Assembly (NCBI GenBank): GCA_964538005.1
Contig: CAZIDO010000003.1
Coordinates: 1 to 32,537 of the forward strand
Direction of reading: 5' to 3'
DNA: 32,537 nucleotides
From: an uncultured Muribaculaceae bacterium
Lineage (GTDB): Bacteria > Bacillota_I > Bacilli_A > RF39 > UBA660
The notes under the pieces are model-generated. The model made no database searches, was not told the origin of the DNA, and worked only from the letters and a program-made list of their open reading frames with translations. Position 1 is the first letter of the stretch; every line of letters starts with the position of its first letter. Positions 28,177 through 32,537 of the stretch are shown here, one piece after another. The translations under genes were made by a program, and so were the position numbers.

Positions 28177-29043
28177 CTATCTATAATAATTCATGAAGAT
28201 ATCTTCAATACTTGGTTCTTCAATCGTTAAATGTTCAATTTCTACCTCAGATAATGTTTTTATTAAATTGTTAATATTTCCTTTATAAATAAACTTAATA
28301 GCGTTATTGCTTTCTTCCTTAATAACAATATCTTTCATTGGTAGTTTCAATTTTTTAAATTCACTACCACCAATTGTAATAATACTGAAATTGTTTTCAG
28401 CAATATTATTAATATCTAATTCTTTTATTAAATTTCCTTCTTTAATAATTCCAATGCGGTCACATACTTTTTTCACTTCACTGAGCACATGGGTTGAAAA
28501 TAGTATAGTTGTTCCCCTTTTTTTCTCCTCTTCAAGCAAGTTAAAGAACTGCTCAGTTATTAAAGGATCCAAACCACTAGTTGGTTCATCCAAAATTAAT
28601 ATCTTTGGACTATGCATCATCGCTAAAACAATGCCAACTTTTTTTAAATTACCGTATGATAATTCTTCTATTTTTTTATCTGTTGGAACTTGGAGTTTTT
28701 TATTTAAATAATTTATTTTTTCAGTTAAATTTTCTTTATAGAAACTAGCAGAATACTTTATCATATCTTTAACTTTTAAATCATCATATAAATGCACTTC
28801 GCTAGGTAAATAACCTATTTTCTTTTTATATTCTTCATGATTTCTTTTCAATTCTTCATTATCGATATAAATATTCCCTGATGTCTTATTAATAAGTTGC
28901 ATAATACATTTAATAAATGTACTTTTACCAGCTCCATTAGGACCTAGCAATCCATATATTTCACCTTCATTAATTTCTAAATTAACATCTTCGATTCCAC
29001 GAACTTTTCCATAATATTTTTTTAAACTTTCTGTTTTAATCAT
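28177..29043 (-). CDS. ABC transporter ATP-binding protein
   Basis: Walker A GPNGAGKST, signature LSYGNLKKV, Walker B ILILDEPTSGLD, H-loop STHVL. ATG at 29043 with AGGTGG RBS (the track begins at a GTG at 29052). Confidence 0.9.
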   Translation of the reverse strand: MIKTESLKKYYGKVRGIEDVNLEINEGEIYGLLGPNGAGKSTFIKCIMQLINKTSGNIYIDNEELKRNHEEYKKKIGYLPSEVHLYDDLKVKDMIKYSASFYKENLTEKINYLNKKLQVPTDKKIEELSYGNLKKVGIVLAMMHSPKILILDEPTSGLDPLITEQFFNLLEEEKKRGTTILFSTHVLSEVKKVCDRIGIIKEGNLIKELDINNIAENNFSIITIGGSEFKKLKLPMKDIVIKEESNNAIKFIYKGNINNLIKTLSEVEIEHLTIEEPSIEDIFMNYYR

Positions 29044-29102
29044 AAAAACCACCTATCTAAATTATAGCACAATCTCATATTATATTATAGTAGTTTTATG
29101 TG

Positions 29103-29130
29103 AAAAAAGAAGAATAGCATTCTATTCTTC
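29103..29130 (-). terminator. Intrinsic terminator of the holin gene
   Basis: Minus strand GAAGAATAG-AATG-CTATTCTTC (9-bp stem; the TAG stop lies inside the 5' arm), followed by TTTTTT. Confidence 0.75.
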
Positions 29131-29511
29131 CGTATCTTTTTTATTTAAATTATTGAGTACTGTTTTTATTTGTTCAGGAATTGGTAAGCCTAGTTCTACC
29201 GCGTTTTCTATTATTGATATGCCTTCATTAACAATGTAAAAAACAATTGCTAAATAACGGAGATCTGTAGCTCCAAAGACATTATCTAAGCTTACAGCGA
29301 TCCCAACGACGAAAAATACTAATATTTTCTTAAATATACCCCGAAATCCTACTTCACTAGATACTTCGTGGTTTGCTATTGCTTTCATTATTCCGGTCAA
29401 ATAATCCATTATTGTAAATGTTATTAACGTCATTAATAACATATCAAATCCGCCAAGGAAATGACCTAGTACACCACCAATTACTGATATTATCACTTTA
29501 ATTGTTGTCAA
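29122..29511 (-). CDS. Holin, toxin secretion/phage lysis family (Phage_holin_4 / TcdE-like)
   Basis: 129 aa, 3 TM. MDYLTGIMKAI...SSEVGFRGIFKKILVF...IVNEGISIIENAVELGLPIP is the family signature. TTG start with GAAGGAAG RBS. Confidence 0.8.
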   Translation of the reverse strand: MTTIKVIISVIGGVLGHFLGGFDMLLMTLITFTIMDYLTGIMKAIANHEVSSEVGFRGIFKKILVFFVVGIAVSLDNVFGATDLRYLAIVFYIVNEGISIIENAVELGLPIPEQIKTVLNNLNKKDTEE

Positions 29512-29655
29512 AATACTTCCTTCTTTCTATTTTACCACCCACTATAATTTATGCGTGATTTGAAATAACCAAAAGTATGACGACCTATTTATCTGGAATA
29601 TTTATGAAATTTAATGGATATAATTAAGTGTTTACATGATTTTTCAGAAAAATTG

Positions 29656-29684
29656 TTGATTTTTTGAAAATTCCATGTTATAAT
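29656..29684 (+). promoter_or_regulatory. Sigma-A promoter of tRNA-Ala
   Basis: TTGATT (29656-29661), 17-nt spacer ending in TGT (extended -10), TATAAT (29679-29684). The tRNA starts 20 nt downstream. Confidence 0.6.
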
Positions 29685-29703
29685 TTATTAGCAATCCAAA
29701 TTT

Positions 29704-29780
29704 GGGGAATTAGCTCAGTTGGCTAGAGTACCTGCTTTGCACGCAGGGGGTCAAGGGTTCGAATCCCTTATTCTCCACCA
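29704..29780 (+). tRNA. tRNA-Ala (anticodon UGC), CCA encoded
   Basis: Cloverleaf readable by eye. Acceptor GGGGAAT/ATTCTCC with the G3:U70 Ala identity pair, anticodon loop CTTTGCA, T-arm GGGTTCGAATCCC, 3' ACCA. Confidence 0.95.
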
Positions 29781-29792
29781 AATTTGTTAATT

Positions 29793-29813
29793 AAGCCTTG
29801 TTTTACAAGGCTT
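29793..29813 (+). terminator. Hairpin after tRNA-Ala (terminator and/or att-proximal structure)
   Basis: aagccttg / caaggctt 8-bp stem with a 5-nt loop, followed by taattat (poor T-run). Confidence 0.4.
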
Positions 29814-29881
29814 TAATTATACTAGCACTCAGTTAGTCCTTAAGAATCCCTTGCGTGATTATAAGGCAATTTCATTATTTT

Positions 29882-30961
29882 TTATGCTAAAGCATCGAGG
29901 ACAGCAATAGCTTTATCCTCGTCGCCTGGTAGCATATGTGAATATGTATTGAGTATTAGCTCAATATCAGAGTGTCCTATGCGTTTCGCAATAACAGTTA
30001 TAGGAACACCCTTTGATAATAATAAAGATACATGGCTATGTCTAAAGTCGTGTATTTTTATTTTATTAACACCAGCTAGATTACAGTAGTAATCTTTTTT
30101 TCTTGCCACGGTTGTCGTTGCTAATGGATTTAGACAACCAAATATATACCAACTGTCATCAAATTCTACAAACTTATGGCACTTTCCTTTATATTCGCAT
30201 AGTCTTGATAGTAAATGTCTATCAAGTTTAACTTTCCGATATGACATTTCCGTTTTAGGACTATTAATCATATTTTTTCCATCAACCTTCCTTCTTGTTA
30301 GGGTTTTATTTATAAGTAAATAGTTATCATGTAAATCATTCCAAGTAAGAGCCAAGCACTCGCCCTGCCTTATACCAATTAAATATAAAACTTCAAAAAA
30401 TAGTTTATACATATCATTATCAATTACACTAATAAATTTCTTAAATTCTTCATAAGACCAAATATTATATTCCTTTGGTATTTCATCACGTTTAGAAAAA
30501 TTACCAACTTGACTAGCAACATTAACCTTAAGCCCGTAAAATTTAACTGCATAATTTAGCATTGTTCTTACTGCTCCATGAATTGCACTTTTATATTTAT
30601 AGCAATAGCCTTTATCATCTAGTTGTTTTTGCCATCTTACATATAATGAAGCTGTAATTTTTTTTAGCTCATAATCTTTAAAATACGGTAATGCATGTAT
30701 TTCAATACAGTTTTTAACACTTCTAAATGAATTATATTTTAACTTCGTTTCCATATGTTCCTTATAAATTTCCCACAGTTTTCCAAATGTAATATCACAA
30801 TACCCATCTTTGGTAGCTATTACAAAATCTCTTTCTGCCTCAATAGCATCTCTTTTTGTCCTAAAGTCACCATTTTGGTATTGTTTTCTATTGCCAAAAC
30901 TATCAGTAGCATATACACGATAGTACCAATGTTTGGATTTCTTATCTTGATATGCTGGCAT
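29882..30961 (-). CDS. int: Tyrosine site-specific recombinase (phage-type integrase)
   Basis: N-terminal SAM-like arm-binding region. Catalytic region with GIRQGECLALTW (Arg), HDFRHSHVSLLL (His-x-x-Arg) and GHSDIELILNTYSH (His...Tyr). Lies next to the 3' end of a tRNA gene. Confidence 0.9.
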   Translation of the reverse strand: MPAYQDKKSKHWYYRVYATDSFGNRKQYQNGDFRTKRDAIEAERDFVIATKDGYCDITFGKLWEIYKEHMETKLKYNSFRSVKNCIEIHALPYFKDYELKKITASLYVRWQKQLDDKGYCYKYKSAIHGAVRTMLNYAVKFYGLKVNVASQVGNFSKRDEIPKEYNIWSYEEFKKFISVIDNDMYKLFFEVLYLIGIRQGECLALTWNDLHDNYLLINKTLTRRKVDGKNMINSPKTEMSYRKVKLDRHLLSRLCEYKGKCHKFVEFDDSWYIFGCLNPLATTTVARKKDYYCNLAGVNKIKIHDFRHSHVSLLLSKGVPITVIAKRIGHSDIELILNTYSHMLPGDEDKAIAVLDALA

Positions 30962-31234
30962 AATCTATGATGTTTTTGGCATTTTCTAGTTCTTGCTCTT
31001 TTAATGCCATATCCTTAATATAATTTACGTCTAAATCCAGTAATTCAATAACTCGTTTAGTTGGTACTACACGTTTTTACAATAAGGAATTTCTTTATTT
31101 TCCTTCTTTATAATTTTAATTACTGTTTCTCTAATAGCTGTAGCTTCCGTTCTACCACAGCCTGCAATAGCCATTATGTCATCAACAGTTGACCATGCTT
31201 TTGAAATAACTTTAAATATTTCCCTATAGGACAT
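30942..31234 (-). pseudogene. Small excisionase/DUF3173-like helper gene, frameshifted in an A5 run
   Basis: ATG at 31234 (RBS AAGGAGGG) gives MSYREIFKVISKAWSTVDDIMAIAGCGRTEATAIRETVIKIIKKENKEIPYCKNV, then stops at 31067. One extra A in the run at 31074-31078 would continue as ...KRVVPTKRVIELLDLDVNYIKDMALKEQ..., ending at 30942 and overlapping the int start. Confidence 0.45.
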
Positions 31235-31325
31235 TTTTCCCTCCTTTCATGTTACATTTTATCATGTTCTTTGACATTTTAATATCCTCCTTTCTAAAAT
31301 GTTCAAAATTCCCTAATTTGGGAAT

Positions 31326-31367
31326 AAAAAAATAGCCATCACTTTTTATCTAAAATGATAAGCTATT
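31326..31367 (-). terminator. Possible terminator after the XRE gene
   Basis: Minus strand AATAGCTTATCA-(14 nt)-TGATGGCTATT imperfect stem followed by TTTTTTT. Confidence 0.35.
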
Positions 31368-31436
31368 ATACACACTTTAACCCTGAAAAGTTAAATCGTC
31401 AATCCAATTTATAGTCTTCCTATAATCTTTTTTATA

Positions 31437-31649
31437 TTATTTCTTTTCGATAGTTACTTTATAACCATATTTTTTAGCAATTTTCATTAATGTCTCAAAA
31501 GTATATCGCCTAATACCTCGTTCCTAACCTTGAATAGTCATACCGCTAACACCAATTTCCTTACCGAAATCCTCTTGTTTTTTCTCAGACCACTCTCTTA
31601 ATATCTTCATTACTTCTTTTTCTTCATATTCATTAGCCACTATTTTCAT
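31437..31649 (-). pseudogene. XRE/Cro-CI family HTH regulator interrupted by an amber codon
   Basis: MKIVANEYEEKEVMKILREWSEKKQEDFGKEIGVSGMTIQG*ERGIRRYTFETLMKIAKKYGYKVTIEKK. The TAG at 31524-31526 sits where the HTH_3 motif has its invariant Trp (TISxWExG). RBS AGAGGTG. Confidence 0.6.
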
Positions 31650-31699
31650 ATTTTAACACCTCTAGTAAAGCATACAATACGAATGGCATAGTTTCGCCT

Positions 31700-31724
31700 C
31701 ATTCCATACAAAATGTATGGAATG
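31700..31724. promoter_or_regulatory. Perfect 11-bp inverted repeat; candidate operator
   Basis: cattccataca-aaa-tgtatggaatg, 4 nt upstream of the -35 of the rightward promoter, in the divergent XRE / ORF119 intergenic region. Confidence 0.5.
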
Positions 31725-31728
31725 CACT

Positions 31729-31757
31729 TTGACATAAAGAAATAATGACTATATAAT
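31729..31757 (+). promoter_or_regulatory. Consensus sigma-A promoter for the rightward gene
   Basis: TTGACA (31729-31734), exactly 17 nt, TATAAT (31752-31757). Confidence 0.65.
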
Positions 31758-31800
31758 CATAATTAATAGCATACTCTCCGTATGCAGACGAGGTGGCAAT

Positions 31801-32160
31801 ATGTACGTGAATAAAATATGTCCTGAAAATGATAAAGACATTGAAGGTGTCAGAGAGAAAAGGTTATATGTTTTCTTTGAACATGAGAAAACATATAAAC
31901 AAAAAAGGCTATCCGAAGATATATCCCATTTCATTATGTTATGGTTTAAATATTATCGTGGCGATAATACAGATTATTATAGTTTAGCTAACAGCAGCTT
32001 AGGTGAATTAAAATATACTAATAAGGAATGGAATAGCATTATTAAAAATTCAAAAATAGTATTACAAAATAAATATAATATTAATATAGTATCTTGTAGT
32101 CCAATGGTTTTAAGTTCAGATATCCCATTTAATAATATCAAAGAAAAATACTATTATTAA
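31801..32160 (+). CDS. Hypothetical protein of the integrative element
   Basis: 119-aa ORF. ATG preceded by GAGGTGG and the consensus promoter. No motif recognised. Confidence 0.5.
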   Translation: MYVNKICPENDKDIEGVREKRLYVFFEHEKTYKQKRLSEDISHFIMLWFKYYRGDNTDYYSLANSSLGELKYTNKEWNSIIKNSKIVLQNKYNINIVSCSPMVLSSDIPFNNIKEKYYY

Positions 32161-32167
32161 AGACAAA

Positions 32168-32509
32168 CTATACCTTTTCTAATAAATCATCAAAATCTTT
32201 AATAAATTCTTCAATTGTTCCATAAAGTCCAGAACGTCCCATGTCCACTAGCATTTCTACCAACTCCGTTTTTCCATATTCTTCAACATCTTTACTTGAA
32301 TTTTCCATTTTAAATGCACTTGGAACTTTAAATCCTTCTTTCATTTTTAAAACACGACTACTATCTATACAAATCATATGATTACAATCAATAAATAATA
32401 TTTCAAATAAGTTTCCGTATATCTTAGTACCAATTACTCTCTTACCATTATTAAAAGAAAATTCAAAAAAAAGTCGCTCAAATTGAGAGACTGCTGAAAA
32501 AGTATACAA
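32168..32509 (-). CDS. Hypothetical protein (start uncertain)
   Basis: 113-aa ORF beginning at a TTG right after an in-frame TAA. No SD checked. Convergent with ORF119. Confidence 0.35.
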   Translation of the reverse strand: MYTFSAVSQFERLFFEFSFNNGKRVIGTKIYGNLFEILFIDCNHMICIDSSRVLKMKEGFKVPSAFKMENSSKDVEEYGKTELVEMLVDMGRSGLYGTIEEFIKDFDDLLEKV

Positions 32510-32537
32510 AGATTATTGTAAAGTATATCAGTAGTCT

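Noticed and set aside
29552-29860. 9-bp direct repeat tgcgtgatt (29552-29560 and 29852-29860) bracketing tRNA-Ala and its promoter; also gaatccctt (about 29845) repeating part of the tRNA T-arm
   Set aside because: Too short to distinguish from chance, and found post hoc. The integrase lies outside the bracketed segment, so the repeats do not delimit the element. A real att repeat should match the tRNA 3' end and lie beyond the window.
8200-30970. Other short antisense track ORFs (8200-8424, 10125-10334, 11387-11605, 11894-12091, 23497-23748, 24180-24383, 24767-25120, 28307-28711, 30755-30970, 31749-31934)
   Set aside because: Each overlaps a better-supported gene on the opposite strand and lacks start-site signals.
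31224-31277. 17-codon ORF (MSKNMIKCNMKGGKNVL) with a strong AAGGAGG RBS just upstream of the xis-like gene
   Set aside because: Too short to support. It may be a leader peptide or a remnant, and it overlaps the RBS and start of the next gene.
12557-31526. Possible stop-codon reassignment (TAA or TAG read as sense) or genetic code 4 (TGA = Trp)
   Set aside because: ponA ends at TAA followed by a terminator. der and the holin end at TAG inside terminator stems. recU, the permease and the mecA-like gene end at TGA with correctly spaced downstream starts. No conserved protein requires read-through.
1-32537. CRISPR arrays, IS elements, rRNA genes, riboswitch or T-box leaders
   Set aside because: No spaced direct repeats, transposase ORFs, terminal inverted repeats or conserved leader structures were seen on either strand. 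The only RNA gene is tRNA-Ala.

Overview
Very AT-rich, low-GC Firmicutes chromosomal segment from an endospore former. It uses the standard code: TGA, TAA and TAG all terminate well-supported genes. Housekeeping genes in Bacillus-like order (recU-ponA; coaD-like/nth/dnaD; cca; hup; spoIVA ... der; mecA-like; engB) frame about 13 kb of accessory DNA (approx 9.95-23.07 kb). That stretch is dominated by a minus-strand cassette. In order it holds a sigma-70 region-4-only HTH protein, a strong intrinsic terminator, and a phage tail-fibre-like collagen/HxH protein. The fibre gene's stop codon directly abuts the ATG of a 2039-aa Rhs/YD-repeat polymorphic toxin. A two-TM candidate immunity gene and a decayed small membrane-protein gene follow. 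The Rhs protein has no signal peptide and carries lectin-like modules inside the YD region. Its core ends with DSSGR instead of the usual DPxGL. Its 178-aa C-terminal domain starts with a Lys/Val amphipathic helix, and I cannot assign it to any toxin family. No T6SS, T7SS or contractile-injection genes are in the window. Further right lie an ABC-2 exporter operon, two tandem Tam41/Mmp37-like paralogues (mitochondrial-type CDP-DAG synthase family) and a monocistronic TcdE-type holin with no endolysin. Last comes tRNA-Ala(UGC) followed by a tyrosine-integrase element. In that element the xis-like gene is frameshifted and the XRE repressor has an amber codon at the conserved Trp. All functional calls come from motif recognition by eye; no database search was run.
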